From: the human T2T-CHM13v2.0 reference genome, Homo sapiens
Strand: one strand, 5' to 3'
Assembly (NCBI RefSeq): GCF_009914755.1
Contig: NC_060926.1
Length of the DNA: 64,000 bases
Shown: one piece after another, positions 1-17,142 of the stretch
How the letters are laid out: each line of letters starts with the position of its first letter
Numbering within the stretch: the stretch's first letter is position 1
The notes under the pieces: model-generated
Told to the model about the DNA's origin: nothing
Database searches by the model: none
The model's input: the letters and a program-made list of their open reading frames with translations, nothing else
Position numbers and translations under genes: made by a program

Positions 1-312
1 GTGAGCTGGCCTTGGCTCCAGGTTTGCTCCATGTATGTGTAATCTGGGATCTAGGCTGAATGGTCAGCGGCTACCTAGGGCATGTCCTTCACATAGCATA
101 TCACAGAGTCCAAGGAGAGTAAGTGCAACTATGCTAGCTCATTTCAAGCTTCTACTTGTATCTTACCTGCTAATATCCCATTGGCCTAAGCAAGTCATTT
201 GGAAAAACTTAAAGTCAATGACAGCTGCCCTTGAGACCATCACAAATGTGTGGATGCATAGTTCTATCACTGTGAAGTAGAGAATTTGGACCAACAACTT
301 AATCTATCCCAC
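1..312 (-). mobile_element. MLT1J/K-like MaLR LTR fragment
   Basis: 'atttcaagcttctacttgtatcttacctgctaatatcccattggcctaagcaagtca' resembles old MLT1 LTRs; ends with 'aatctatcccac'. Confidence 0.65.
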
Positions 313-314
313 CA

Positions 315-430
315 TGGTAAGATTTTTCTTTTATTCTGAGTAAGATGAGAGTGAGATGAGAACCATGGAAAGAACTAAGTAGAAAGGCAACAGCATCTTA
401 CTTCTTTACCCTCAAAAGAGTCATTCTTGC
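315..430 (-). mobile_element. L2 LINE fragment
   Basis: 'ggtaagatttttcttttattctgagtaagatg...ccatggaaag' resembles the reverse of the L2 consensus; highly diverged. Confidence 0.45.
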
Positions 431-957
431 ATTAAGTCTATACTCATATTCTTGCTTCTGTTGAAAGATGCTTTTTTCTTCCTCTATGCCTTATGGAAAC
501 AAGACTAAATGAAAAAAAAAGGAATATGATAGAGAGCCTAGAGACAGATATGTGCATATATGAACTCTTGTTTATAGCAGGAGTGGTGATGCAGAGCAGT
601 GGAGGAAAAGATGTTCTATTTAAGTAATTGAGCTGGTATATTTGGATATCCATATGGCAGAAATAAAAATTGACCCATATTTCACACCATATGAAAGTAA
701 TCAATTCTGGGAGAAATGTACACCTAAATATGAAAAGCCACACCAAAAGCTCTTCAGAGTTAATATTGGTGAATACTTTCCTAAATAAGTTAGAAAAGAT
801 TTCTTAAGCAGGATATAAAAATTATTGGCCATAAATGTGACTATATTAAATTTGAAAGGCTGTTTATCAAAAGGCACGATTAAAAGAGTGAAATGTAAGC
901 CATAGAGTGAAGGAAAAATTTTATAGTAAAATATAACCAAGAGCAAGCAGACCCTCA

Positions 958-1518
958 AAAAAGTTAAACATAGGATTACCATATGACATAAGCAATTCCT
1001 CCCCAAGTATATCCCGGAAAACTGAAAGCAAGTACTCAAACAAGTACATGTACATGTGTGTTCACAGAAGTGCTATTCACAAAAGCCAAATGGTAAAAAC
1101 AACCCAAATGTCTATCCAAAGATGAATGAATAAACACATTTTATAACCATACAGTGAAATATTATTGATTCATAAAAAGAATGATGCACTGGCACATGCT
1201 AAATGTAGATGAATCTCCGAAAAGTTATTCTAAGTGAAAGAAGCCAGATACAGGATGTCACATATTGTATGATTTCATTTATGTAAATCATCCAGAGTAG
1301 ATAAATCCATAGGGACAGAATACAGATTGGTGGTTGCTAGGGGCTGTGGGAGGGATAGATGGGGAAAACTGCTTGATGGATAATGAATTTTACTTTGGAG
1401 TGACAGAAATGCTTTGGAATTAGTGGTAGTGATTGCACCTCTTGGTGAATGTATTAAATGCTACTGAGCTGTTCACTTTAAAATGGTTAATTTTATGTTG
1501 GAATTTTACCTCCATAAA
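958..1518 (+). mobile_element. L1MB/L1MC-type 3' end
   Basis: Runs from 'aagttaaacataggattaccatatga' through 'aacccaaatgtctatcc' and 'gtgaaagaagccagataca' to 'aaatggttaattttatgttggaattttacctc'. Confidence 0.8.
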
Positions 1519-2263
1519 CTACATACATAATATATATGTGTATATACATTGATATGGGTGTAAATATAGTACTTATACATATGACAAACAGTTTATAGCT
1601 AGGATATATAAACACGTGTTCCAAATCAGTGAGAAGACAATCAGCACAATAGAAAAAATGAGCAAAGGATTTGAGAGGCACTTAACAAAAAATAAAATTC
1701 GAATGGCTAATAACCATATGATAAGTTTCTCAACCTTATTTTTAGTCAATAAAATAAACTAAAAATACAGTAAGATAGATCTGTTGAGTTGGTTTAAAAA
1801 TACAAATAAAAACAAAACTAACAAAACCAACTATTGGTGAGGGTATCGCACAAAACGACCCTCACATCCCATTGGGAGCATAATTTGAGTCAACCAATTT
1901 AGAATATGGATTGGCAATAACCGCTAAATTTCAACAAAGGCATATCCTATGCCATAGAAATTCTCGCTGGTAAAAACTTGAGAAATATGTGCATAATGTC
2001 CCTGAGCCATTTGTAAGAACATTTATAGTATTAGTTTTAAAATAACTCAAATGCCCATCAGTGGTAAGTGGTAGAATGGATAGATAATTTGTAATATACC
2101 TGTATAATGAAATATTATGTTGCAATACAATGAACATGGTGATAGCCACATGCAATAGCATAAATTGATATTCTGGATATGACGTTGATAGAAAAAAGTC
2201 AGGTGCAATGAATAAATAAAGTATAATTTTATTTATAGACATTTAAAAAGTAACAAAATGGAA

Positions 2264-2385
2264 TATGTTAGCCTGATTTTATCATTTCACAATGAATACA
2301 TATATCCAAACATCATATTGTACTCCATAAGTATATACAATTATTATTTATCCATTTAAAACTAAGATAAAGCTTAAAAAGAAAA
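2264..2385 (+). mobile_element. L1MA-type 3' terminal fragment
   Basis: 'tatgttagcctgattttatcatttcacaatg...catcatattgtactccataa' followed by an A-rich tail. Confidence 0.7.
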
Positions 2386-2755
2386 GCAATAAAATTAAAC
2401 CATAGTTACTATGCATGCATACCACTTAGTGAAATAATAAGGAAAAGCAGAGAAGTGATTAACATAAACGTCAAGATAGTGATGTTTTAGGGGAAAAAGA
2501 GTTTATTATTAAAAGGAGCATATGGAAGTTTTCTGAGTTGTGGGCTATTACCTGTTTTGAAGTTTTTGGTAATTTATAATAATTCATTCGGTTGTACTTA
2601 TATTTTATACATTTTTGTCCATCGTAGTTCATAATAAACTGGTTTAGAAAATTCCCTTATGCCAAATTACCTTCCTTCTCAAGTGTCCTTACCTCCCCTA
2701 ACATACACATCCAATTATTCCTCCATTCTCCATGTGAGCAGCTGAGAATACCCTC

Positions 2756-3705
2756 TGTGGTGGGCAGAATTCCACAATGACCCCCAATAACCCTTTTCCT
2801 TGTATAATTCCCTCCTTATAAAATGTGGGCAGAACTTGTGCTGTCGATAGTATATCAATCCTATTATTATTTTCTATTAAATGACAAAATGTAATTAAGG
2901 TTACTAATCAGTTTGCTTTCAGGTAATTAAAAGGGGATTATTCAAGTAGGCCTAACCTAATTCTGTGAATCCTTTAAAACAGGGGTGTCCGACCCCCGCC
3001 CTGCAGATTGGTCCATGGCCTGTTAGGAACCGGGCCATGCAGCAGAAGGTGAGCTGCTGGCAAGAGAACATTACTGCCTGAGCCCCGCCTCCTGTCAGGT
3101 CAGCAGCGACATTAGATTCTCATAGGAGCGTGATCCCTATTGTGAACTGCGCAAGTGAGAAATCTAGGTTGCATGCGTGCTACTTATGAGACTCTAATGC
3201 CTGATGATCTGAGATGAAACAGTTTCATCCCAAAACTATCCCTCCCTCCACCCTCCCATCTGTGGAAAAATTGGTTTCCATGAAACCAGTCCCTCGTGCC
3301 AAAAAGGTTGAGGACCACCGCTTTAGAAGTGCATCTAGAGCCCAGAGGCAGAAGTAAGTGAAAGAGATTCAAAGCATGCAGAGGATTCTCTGCAGTCGAT
3401 ATTCTCCATTGCTGGTTTTGGAAAGGAGGTGCCACAAGGCAGGGAACGGTGGGCAGCCTCTAGGCACAGAGAGAAAGCTCAGTCCAAAGGCCTCAGTCTT
3501 GCAACTGTAACGAACTGAGTCCTTCCAACACCTGGAATGTACATTCTTGAAAGTGAATTCATCCCCAGAGCTTCTAGATAAGAACACAGCCCAGTCAATG
3601 CCTTAAGTGTGATACCCTGAGCAGAGACTCTTAACTGTGAGATAAATAAGTCAGCATTGTTTCAAGCCACTACATTTGTAATAACTTGTTACACAAAAAT
3701 AGAAC
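2756..3705 (+). mobile_element. MLT1E/F-like MaLR solo LTR, split by MER1B
   Basis: Starts TGTGGTGGGCAGAAT; 3' part reads 'actgtgagataaataag...ttcaagccactacatttgtaataacttgttac'. Confidence 0.75.
2980..3320. mobile_element. MER1B hAT-Charlie non-autonomous DNA transposon
   Basis: Termini CAGGGGTGTCC...GGACCACCG; 8-bp TSD CTTTAAAA (2972-2979) / CTTTAGAA (3321-3328). Confidence 0.9.
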
Positions 3706-3799
3706 CTTGCTCCTACTATACTAACTTTTTTGGGTCTTATGCTTCTCTTTCTTCCTTCTTTCCAGATCAAGCTAATCTTTTAAAAAAAATATTATTTGA

Positions 3800-4652
<853 letters not shown>

Positions 4653-4719
4653 TATGTATGTGTGTGTGTGTATTCTGATTGTGTTGGGGCACAGTTTTAA
4701 TCTGAGGATTTACACTTTT

Positions 4720-5560
4720 CACCAATTCCAGAAATCTTCAGACATTATTATTTCAAATGTTGACTCTTCAACATTCTCCCTAATATTGTAGTAGTACATT
4801 TATTAAGTATGTGTTAGCTCTCTCTATCATCCATATTTGTTAAGCTTTGCTTTATATTTTCTATCGTTTTATTAGTATGTATTTCATTCTTAGTATTTCC
4901 TCAGCTTTAATTTCCAGCTCCCCAATTCAATCTCCAGCTGTGTCAACACATCAAATGTTTAATTTCTCTAAAAAAATTGTGTGTGTGTAACTTTCAAGGT
5001 TGCTAGTTCTCTTCCATAGTCTCCCATACAGTTTCTCTCGTATTTTCTCTTCTTTCATCTCCGTATTTGTTTTGAACATACTATCTTATAGAGTCTAATT
5101 TTTCTATTATCTTAAGTACTTTGGGATCAAATATTCTTGATTGTCAATATTTTCCTTATGGAGGATCATGTCCTCATGTGCTTTGTGGTTTATTTTTTTT
5201 TTAAATTTTAAGCTTATGTTTATAGTCATTGTTTTATTCTCAAGGTGTCTGGTCCCAGAAAGCCTGGTTATAGACATGTGGTTATGAAGTGTTTTATGTT
5301 TATTTGTGTGTGTGTGTTTTTTAATTTCCAGGTGGTCTGGGGGATTTATTGGTCTAGAACCAATTTTTGAATTCATTTATCATTTCGGAGATTTGAATTT
5401 CATATTGATAGAGCAAACCTAGGCTTTATAACTTTACCTATCATGGGTTCTATTACCTAACAAAAAGTTCATCTTTTAGCTTTCCATGCTAAATTTTGAA
5501 AAGTTAATTTTTAGTTTGGTTGTTTTTTCTTCCCTTTATATTTTCAGATACTGCTCCTGA
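4720..5560 (-). mobile_element. Old HAL1/L1M ORF1-like fragment
   Basis: T-rich degenerate motifs (tttcctcagctttaatttccagctccccaattc...cagctgtgtc; accaatttttga). Confidence 0.5.
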
Positions 5561-5595
5561 GACACATTTTGGTTTTTCTGGTTCTAAGATAGTGG

Positions 5596-6181
5596 TGTTG
5601 ATGCTTGTTGTGAAACTTTGGTTCTTACCTTCTTAGTTTAAAAGAATTTAAATAAGAGACACACAGCAAAGGAGATGCAACATAGAACAATTTGTTGCAA
5701 AGGAGAAAGAATATTCTGAAAGTTACATGCAGAATAGACAGTACACCCCTAGAGAGGATTCGGAGTAGGGTGCTTTCAAGGATGAGACAGCAAAGCTGGC
5801 ACCAGGGAGACCTCTTTATGGGAGCCTTCCGTGGTTATTCTTAAGGGGGTGGGAAAGAGTGTTGCTGGTAAGCATGTTATGGGTGGTTCTTTGGCTGCAC
5901 ATGTGCAGTAGCTTTACATGCTTGTTCATACATCGCATGTCTTATTAGCTCTAAATCTCCACCCAGGGATGTGTTTTTTACTATTATAATGAACAAAGAG
6001 TCAGTCTGAGGACAAGTGAAATAAAAATGCACATGGTCTCTGCAGGGGAAATTCCCTACTGGAGAGAGTTTTGCTTGAATGAGCTTGACTACCATGCAAA
6101 TGCTGGGGCTTATTGTACTTATGGTTAAGCTTGCTGCATCCCAAGGACATAGTTACTGTCTTGACTATCTATCCTGCCTCA
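5596..6181 (-). mobile_element. ERV1 solo LTR, MER66-like
   Basis: TG...CA termini; the minus strand begins TGAGGCAGGATAGATAGTCAAG; 4-bp TSD GTGG (5592-5595, 6182-6185). Confidence 0.8.
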
Positions 6182-6625
6182 GTGGGTGTACTACTTCGAA
6201 TTTTACAATCACTGAAGTGTGTCAGTTCCAGTATCCTGCCTTATGTGTGCAAAATATCACATAAGCTCTCCTTATGCACACTATGAAACCCAACCTTGTA
6301 GCTCTTTAGTCCAATACACTATACAGTATTTTTGCAGGGCCACTGTGATTTTGACCTGCTACCTTACCATTCTTCTCTAAGTTTCTTCTTTTTAATAACT
6401 TGTGAGTTTTCCTTTTTTCTCTGAGCTCAAATGTAAATTACATTATAAAATATATTTAATTAAACCTGCATTTTTCAATATGTGAAAGCAAAATTGCTTC
6501 TTTGTTAGCCGAGTTTACCATCTTCCCAGAATTTTATGTTCTATAAGGTTAAATGACATTTAAAAATGAATATTTTATTTTAAAAAATATTTGAAATGAG
6601 TTATTTCCAGTTTCTATCTAAATAA

Positions 6626-9337
6626 CAAACATATCTTGGCGATATTGTGAGTTTTGTTCCAGAGCACCACCATAAAGTGAATATCACAATAAAGTGAGTG
6701 ACAAAAATCTTTTGGTTTCCTAATACAGATAATAGTTATGTATATACGATCCTGTAGTTTATTGGTATGCAATAGCATTCTGTCTACAAAAATGAAATAC
6801 CTTAATTTAAAAACACTGTATTGCTAAAACTGCTAATGGTCACCAGAGCCTTCAGTAAGTCGTAATCTTTTTGCTGATGGAGGATCTTGCCTCAATGTTG
6901 ATGGCTGCTGACAGATCAGAGTGGTGGTTGTTGAGGGTTGGAGTGGCTGTGGCAATTTCTTAAAATAAAACAACTATGAAGTTTGTTGCATCAGTTAACT
7001 CTTCCTTTCATGAAAGATTTCTATGTAGTATGCAGTGTTGTTTGACAGCATTTACCCACAGTGGAACTCCTTTCAAAATTATAGTCAATGTTCTCAAACC
7101 CTGCCACTGCCAACTAAGTTTATTTAATATTCTAAATCCTTTTTTTCATTTCAACAGTGTTGAAAGCATCTTCACCAAGAGTGGATTCCATTTCAAGAAA
7201 CCACTTTCTTTGCTCATCCATAAGAAGTAACCCCTATCCTTTCAAGTTTTATTATGAGATTGCAGCAATTTAGTCACATCTTCATGCTCTACTTCTTTTT
7301 TAAAATTAATTTTTTGTTTTAAGTTCCAGGGTACATGTGCAGGATGTGCAGGTTTGTTACATAAGTAAACGTGTGCCATGGTGGTTTGCTGCACCTATTA
7401 ACTCATCACCTAGGTATTAAGCCCAGCATGCATTAGCTAATTTTCCTAATGCTCTCCCTCCTCACAACCCACCCCCATGACAGGCCCCAGTATGTGTTCT
7501 TCCCTTCCCTGTGCCCATGTGTTCTCATTGTTCAGCTCCCACTTATAAGTGAGAACCTGTGGTTTTTGGCTTTCTGGTCCCGCATTAGTTTGCTGAAGAT
7601 AATGGCTTCCTGCTCCTTATTCTAGTTTTGCTTGCTATTTCCACCACATCTGCAGTTACTTCCTCCACTGAAGTCTTGAGCCCCTCAAAGTCATCCATGA
7701 AGGTTGGAAGCTACTTCTTCCAAATTCCTGTTAATGCTTATATTTTTATCTCTTCTCTTGAATCATAAATGTTATTAATAGCATCTAGAAGGGTAAACCC
7801 TTTCTAGAAGTTTTCAATTTACTTTGCTCAGATCTATCAGAGGAATCACCATCTATGACAGCTATGGCCTTACAAAATGTATTTATTAAATAATAAGATT
7901 TGAAAGTTGAAATTACTTCTTGATCCATGGGCTATGGAATGAATGTTGTGTTAGCGGCATAAAAACAACAATTAATCTCCTTGTACATCTCCATCTGAGT
8001 TCTTAGGAAACCAGGTGCATTGTCAATGAGCAGTAATATTTTAAAAGAAATCTTATTTTCTGAGCAGTAGTTCTCAACAGTGGGCTTAAAATATTCAGTA
8101 AACCATGCTGTAAACAGATACGCTGACATCAAGGCTTTATTGTTCCTATTCTAGAACACAGACAGAGTAGATTTACTATAATTCCCAAAGGCCCTAGAAT
8201 TTTCAGAATGGCAAACGAGCATTAGATTCAACTTAAAGCCACCAGCTGTATTAGCTCCTAACAAGAGAGTCATCCTGTTTTTTGAATCTTTGAAGCCAGG
8301 CATTGACTTCTCCTCTCTAGTTATGAAAGTCCTAGACGGCATCTTTTTCCAATAAGAGGCTGTTTCATCTACATTGAAAATGTGTTGTTTGGTGTAACCG
8401 CATCTTAGCTAGATCTTCTAGATAACTTGTTGCAGCTTCTACGTAAGAACTGGCTGCTTCACCTTGCACTTTTCTGCTATGGAAATGGTAATTTTTCTTA
8501 AACCTCATGAACTAACCTCTGTTAGCTTCAATCTTTTCTTCTGCAGCTTCTTTGCTTCTCTCAGCCTTCACTGAATTGAAATGAGTTAGACCCTTGCCCT
8601 GGATTATGCTTTACTGTAAAGGAAGGTTGTGTCTGGTTTGATCTTCTATGCAAACCACAAAAACTTTCTGTATCAGAAATAAGGTTGTTTCACTTTCTCA
8701 TCATTCGTGTGTTCACTGGAGTAGCACTTTAATTTATTCCAAGAACTTTTCTGTTGCATTCACAATTTTGCTCTTTGGCACTAGAGGCCTCACTTTCAGC
8801 CTGTCTTGGCTTTCAACATGTCTTCCTCGCTAAGCTTAATCATTTCTAGCTTTTGATTTAAAGTGAGAGACGTGCAACTTTTTCTTTCACTTGAACACTT
8901 AGAGGCCATTGTAGGGTTATTACTTAGCCTAATTTCAATATTGTTGTGTCTTAGAGAATAGGGAGGTCCAAGGAGTGGAAGAGAAACAGGGAAATGGCCA
9001 GCTGGCAGAGCAGTCAGAATACACACATTTATCAATTTAAGTTCACCGTCTTTTATGGGTGAGGTTTGCGGCATCCCAAAACAATTACAATAATGTTATC
9101 AAAGATCACTGATCACAGATTGGTATATCAAATATAATATCATAAGAAAGTTGAAATATTGTGAGAAATACCAAACCGTGTCAGAGAGACACAAAGTGAG
9201 CACATACTGTTGGGAAAAAAATGGCACCAATGAACTTTCTCAATGCAGGGTCAACAAAAACCTTCAGTTTGTAAAAAAAAACACACAGTATCTAGGAAGT
9301 GCAATAAAGTGAAGCACAATAAGATGAGGTATGTCTG
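6626..9337 (-). mobile_element. Full-length Tigger1 (TcMar) DNA transposon with decayed transposase
   Basis: Both TIRs (CAAACATATCTTG / GAGGTATGTCTG) present, TA at 9338-9339. ORF relics: SERKSCTSLTLNQKLEMIKLSEE (HTH), [29 protein letters not shown] (DDE). About 2.4 kb after removing the L1 insert. Confidence 0.95.
7296..7610 (-). mobile_element. Truncated L1PA (PA8-PA13-like) 3' end inserted in Tigger1
   Basis: Poly-T followed by 'ttaagttccagggtacatgtgcaggatgtgcagg...ggtattaagcccagcatgcattagc'. Confidence 0.9.
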
Positions 9338-10269
9338 TACTATTAAAGTAACTCACAACAGGCTAAATTAAGACTGACAGTAAACCTATTGTGAAATCTA
9401 GAAGGAATTTCTACTATTAGGTTGATTGACCTAGATTGAAAAGTGTAATTGAGCGTCCATTTTCCAAGCTCATGAGAAATCTCCTCACTCCAATGTAGTT
9501 AGAAAACCCCTCCCTCCCTCATGCACTCTCTGCACTCTTGTTTACAAATACAAGCTCTCTACTAAACAGATATTTCTCTCTCCACTGTACATGCATTTTT
9601 TTGAGATACCTAGAGAGCTATTCTCTGTCACCCCCTGCTTTTCTCCCATATTCCAACTCCATCTCCAAACCACACCTGTATTCCTTCTTTTTAAGCATTT
9701 AGCAAAAGGCTACAGACTGCAAAAGTACAACTGCATGAAGTACGTGGAGAGGGTAAAGGTTCATGATGGGCACACTGTATTTTGGGGGTCAAAAACCTTC
9801 AAGCAAAGCATGCAGGATTGACTCAGGAAAAACAATGATAGCAGTGCATGCTAAAGATTTCAGCATAATTTATATTAAAACAATGGAGTTAGGGAAAGTC
9901 TTGAAATGGTTGCATAAAGCTGCTATACAGTTGGACCTCCAGCAATCCAGCGACAAGGGGGGAATTTCACATACCCTGATTTTTAGCAAATGTAGATCTA
10001 GGAAGATAGTCTTTTACCCAGAAAGGAGAAAAAACCAACATGGAGCCTATGACAATTACTGCATAGTCCAGGAAAGGAAAGAGTATCTTGAATATTGGGA
10101 TGAAGAGCTTATGTATAAAGATTATTTATTAGGAAAACAAAAAATATTTTAAAACCTTAAGTAGAATGCATCAAAACATGGCATTCTTACTCCTGTAGTT
10201 GAAGGCAATAAAGGTGTAACATATAGAGAGCAAATGACAGAAATTTTAAAAAGGTAGGTGAGAGCAAGG

Positions 10270-10640
10270 AATGATTATGAGAAAATTAAAAGGATAATGC
10301 TAGAAACAAAATTTGTGCCAGAGGCAGTAAAGGAAGGAACTGATGGTATGGAAACAGATACAATAATGTGGAGTGTATATTTGAGAAGTCTTAGATTTGA
10401 TAGAAATTGAGAAATAAATGATATTATTATGATAGAAGATGGAAAAGAAAGGAGTAATAACAGATATACGATAAACATGTTCATTACTTCTGAGGAAGTC
10501 AAAACAATGGGAACAGATCTAAAGACTGAAAGAATTCGTATCCTGAACTAAAAAGTAAAATAAGTCACCAGATAATTCAGATAGAAGAATCACAATCACT
10601 GTGCTCCATGTAATGTGAATAAAAGTTTGCATTCGATTGG
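10270..10640 (+). mobile_element. Possible HAL1/L1 ORF1 relic
   Basis: A/G-rich, with a 'tcctgaactaaaaag...cagatagaag'-type motif; very diverged. Confidence 0.3.
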
Positions 10641-10805
10641 GTGAATTTTAATTACATGAATAAATGAAACATGAAGCTTAATTAAAAGTTTCTCCCAAGA
10701 ATTCATAGAAATAAATATCACACCAAGATAAGTTGGAAGACATACCATTTATAGCATCAGATGATTCAGATTTTTCGAAGTAGATAGCCAAAAGCAAGTT
10801 GCGTG

Positions 10806-11975
<1,170 letters not shown>

Positions 11976-12354
11976 CTAGTTGTATGGTTCTAACACTCTT
12001 AATATAAAAAGTGCCAAAAGTGATTGTAGATGATGATTAAAGAATATTTTTTAAATTTTGTTGTTGTGTAATGGCACACAAACATATCATAAAATATATT
12101 CTCTTGTAACCACTACCTGGGTCAAGAAGCATCATGCTGAAGACATGAAACCCTGAAGCCCTTATGCCTCTTCACAGTCAATATTTCCTTCTTACTCTCC
12201 TTTTATGGTAATAATTACCTTTTCTTTACTAGGTAAGACTACATCACTAAACAATGTGATTGTCTGTTTTTGAGTTTTATAGAAATGTAATCATACTGTG
12301 TATATTTTTGTGTGTTTATTTCTTCATTCAATAGTGCCTTTATGAGATTTATCT

Positions 12355-13540
<1,186 letters not shown>

Positions 13541-15110
13541 TCTCTGCCAGTTATGTGTAGCTGTGCGTCTTCCATTTTCATTGCTATTTAGTGTTCCTGT
13601 TAATGAAAACACCACAATTTATTTACATATTAATTCTTTCTGGTTTTCAGATATTGCCAATAATAGCACTATAAAATTGATGTACGTGTCTCTTGGTGAA
13701 CATGAGTACATAATTGTTGGTTATATGCTTAGAATAGAATTGCAGGGTAACAGGCTAGCATAGGCTTAGTCTTATTAGATAATATCAGTTTTCCAAGTTG
13801 TTCGTTAAAATAATTGACATTACAAACAACTGTGTATGAGAGTTCCATTTGCTCCACATCATTACCAACACTTGATATTTTCAGCTAAGTTTTAGCTGAC
13901 CTACGGCATGTAAAGGGTATCACATTTTAGTTTTAATCTGGATTTCTTTTGTGACTAAAGGTTGAATGCAATTTCATAACTTTATCAACCATTCAACATC
14001 TTTAATAAAGTGTCTTTTCACAACTCTTGCCTATCTTTCTTGTCTTTTTCTTACAGATTTGTAGGAAATCTTTATGTATTTCAGCCCTTTGTTTACATGT
14101 ACAACAAATGTATTTTCTGGCTTTATTCCCCCTCTATTTTTATAGTACCTTGTAGGGAATAGATGTCTTTAGTTTTAATTTATTTCTATTTATCAGTCTT
14201 TATGCTGATCACATTTTTGTTTTATTGAAGAAATTACTTTATATCCAAATTTGTAAAGATATTCTTTTATATTGACTTTAGGAAGCTTTATTGCTTTTTC
14301 TTCATATTTAGGTTTATGATCTACCTAAAGTTGATATCTTTTATATGGTGAGAAGCAGGTTTCTAATTTTATTTTATTTCCCTTATGGCTTATCCAATGA
14401 TCCCAGAACAACTTATTGGAAATCTGTGTCTTCCCCACAGCTCTGCAGTTTCACCCCTGTATAAGTCAAGTATGCATAGAAGGATAAATCTCTTTTTGGA
14501 CTCTCCCATTTATCTATATGCATTTTTTCATTATCAAAGCCTTATAATATAATATTGTATCTGAAAAGCAAACCATTCACCTGTTCTTCTTCTTGAAGTG
14601 AATGAGCTACTTTTAAAAATTTTTGCTTTTCCATAAAAATTGTACCGTCCACTTGCCAAGTTACAAACTTGAACAAACTTGTTGGATTTTCAATGGTATT
14701 ACATTGAATCTATAGATTTATGCGGGAAAAACTGACAACTTTAAATATAGATTCTCTCAACCCATCAACATATATCTCCTTTATTTAATTCTTTTTAAGT
14801 GTGTCAATAAAATTTTATCAGTTGTCTTGTAGAAATCTTGCACATTTGTTATAGAATTATTATTTGATATTTTAACATTTTAGTGATATTATATATAGTG
14901 TTTCTGATTACTTTTAATTATTGTTGATTTATTGAAATACAATAATTTTTGTATATTGATTTTGTATATAGAAATATTACTAAACTAATTTAGAAACCCT
15001 AATACAATCAAATCATCTGTGAACTACGATGGATTTGTTTCTTCCTTTCTTATCCTTCTTACATTTCCATTTCCTCTCCTGGGCAGGATCTCTAGTATAA
15101 TGTGAACTAG

Positions 15111-15419
15111 AGCCAGACATGATGGCTTATGCCTATAATGCCAGCACTTTGGGAGGCCAAGGCAAGTGGATCACTTCAGCCCAGGAGTTCGAAATCAGCC
15201 TAGGCAACATGGTGAAATCCTGTTTCTACTAATAATACAAAAATTAGCTGGAAGTGGTGACATGCACCTGTGGTCCCAGCCACTCTGTTGGCTGAGATGG
15301 GAGGATCACCTGAGCCCAGGGAGGTCAAAGCTACAGTCAGACAAGATCACACCGTTGCCCTTCAGCCTGGGTGACAGAGTGATACACTGTTTAAAAAAAA
15401 AAAAAAACAAAAAAAAAAA
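15111..15419 (+). mobile_element. AluJ
   Basis: Diverged dimeric Alu with A tail; short TSD AACTAG. Confidence 0.9.
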
Positions 15420-15484
15420 CTAGAAGTCGTGAGAGGATGCATTTTTGTCTTGTTTCTGATCTTGCTACAAGATTTTTATGCATA

Positions 15485-15848
15485 TACTCATGCACCATGT
15501 AACCCACATAACGACGCTTTGGTCTTTGGTCAATGACAGACCATATATATTACTGTGGTCCCATAAAATTACAATACCATATTTTTACTGTACCTTTTTT
15601 ATATTTAAATATATTTGGATAAACAAATACTCACCATTGTGTTAGAATTGCCTGTAGTATTCAGTACAGTAACCTAGTGTACAGGTGTGCATCTTAGGAG
15701 CAATAGGCCATACCATGTAGTCTAGGTGCATAGTAGGCTGCATCATCTAGGTTTGTGTACGTACACCCTATGATGTGCACACAACAATGAAATCAACTAA
15801 TGATGCATTTTTCAGATTGTATTCCTATAGTTAAGTGACACATGACTG
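15485..15848. mobile_element. Tigger3a (MER7A-type) MITE
   Basis: TIR ...CATGACTG followed by TA; internal 'ggtcccataaaattacaatacc...taggagcaataggccatacc'. Confidence 0.85.
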
Positions 15849-16011
15849 TAATGTATTTTTAATCATAGGTCTTTCTTTTCCTAACCTGCTGAGAGATTTT
15901 ATTTTTACTATGAATGGATGCTGAATTTTGTCAAGTGCTTTTTTCTGCACCATATGAGATTATAAAATCATCTTTATTCTTACTTCGTGAATGAGGTGCA
16001 TGCAGTGTTCT

Positions 16012-16053
16012 TGCAGTGGATGGGTGGAGCCCTGCAGTGGATGGGTAGAGCCC
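16012..16053. repeat. 21-bp tandem duplication
   Basis: TGCAGTGGATGGGTGGAGCCC / TGCAGTGGATGGGTAGAGCCC. Confidence 0.9.
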
Positions 16054-16206
16054 AGAGTCCAGGATCTGCAGCAGCTCTGAATTACCACTCATTTTGCTCA
16101 CTCCCCTCTATTTTGGTTTGGTAGTTTCTTACTCTCCTTTCAGTGCTTTCCTGAACTTAAGATGATTTTTTGAGAACTGTTTAATAAAATGTTGAAAGGA
16201 TATACA

Positions 16207-17142
16207 TTTTTTTTTATTTTACTTTAAGTTCTGGGATACATGTGCAGAACGTGCAGGTTTGTTACATAGGTATACATGTGCCATGGTGGTTTGCTGTGGC
16301 CATCAACCCATCATCTAGGTTTTAAGCCCTGCCTGCATGCATTAGGTATTTGTCCTAATGCTCCACCTCCCCTTTCCCCCCACCCCCCAACAGGCCCATG
16401 TGTGTGATGTTCCCCTCCCTGTGTCCATGTGTTCTCATTGTTCAACTCCCACTTATGACTGAGAATATTCAGTGTTTGGTTTTCTGTTCCTGTGTTAGTT
16501 TGCTGAGAATGATGGCTTCCAGCTTCATCCATGTCCCTGCAAAGGCCATGAACTCATTCTTTTTTATGGCTGCATAGTATTCCAAGGTATATATGTGCCA
16601 CATTTTATCTAATCTATCATTGATGGACATTTGGGTTGTTTCCAAGTCTTTGCTATTGTAACTAGTGCTGCAATAAACATAAGTGTGCATGTGTCTCTAT
16701 AGTAGAATGATTTATGATCCTTTGGATATATACCCAGTAATGGGATTGCTGGGTCAAATGGTATTTCTGGTTCTAGTTCCTTGAGGAATTGTCACACTGT
16801 CTTCCACAATGGTTGAACTAATTTATACTCCCACCAACAGTGTAAAAGCATTCCTATTTCTCCAAAGCCTTGCCAGCATCTGTTGTTTCCTGACTTTTTA
16901 ATAATCGCCATTCTAACTGGCATGAGATGATATCTCATTGTGGTTTTGATTTACATTTCTCTAATTACCAGTGATGGTGAGCTTTTTTCATATGTTTATT
17001 GGCCACATAAATGTCTTATTTTGAGAAGTGTCTCTTCATATACTTTGCCCACTTTTTGTTAGGGTTTTTTTTTTAATTGTAAATGTGTTTAAGTTCCTTG
17101 TAGATTCTGGATATTAGACCTTTGTCAGATGGGTAGCTTGCA
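16207..17142 (-). mobile_element. 5'-truncated L1PA8-like LINE
   Basis: 3'UTR 'tcatctaggttttaagccc...catgcattaggtatttgtcc'; AAGGATAT on both flanks. Confidence 0.9.

Larger units (their letters stand above)
520..2640 (+). mobile_element. Old L1M (L1ME-like) ORF2 3' region and 3'UTR, interrupted by younger L1 3' ends
   Basis: Degenerate ORF2-end motifs (tggatatccatatgg...ttcacaccata; aactcaaatgcccatcagtgg...aatggataga). Confidence 0.7.

Noticed and set aside
9763-10152. 129-aa ORF
   Set aside because: No recognisable domain or splice context; A-rich sequence next to degenerate LINE-like DNA.
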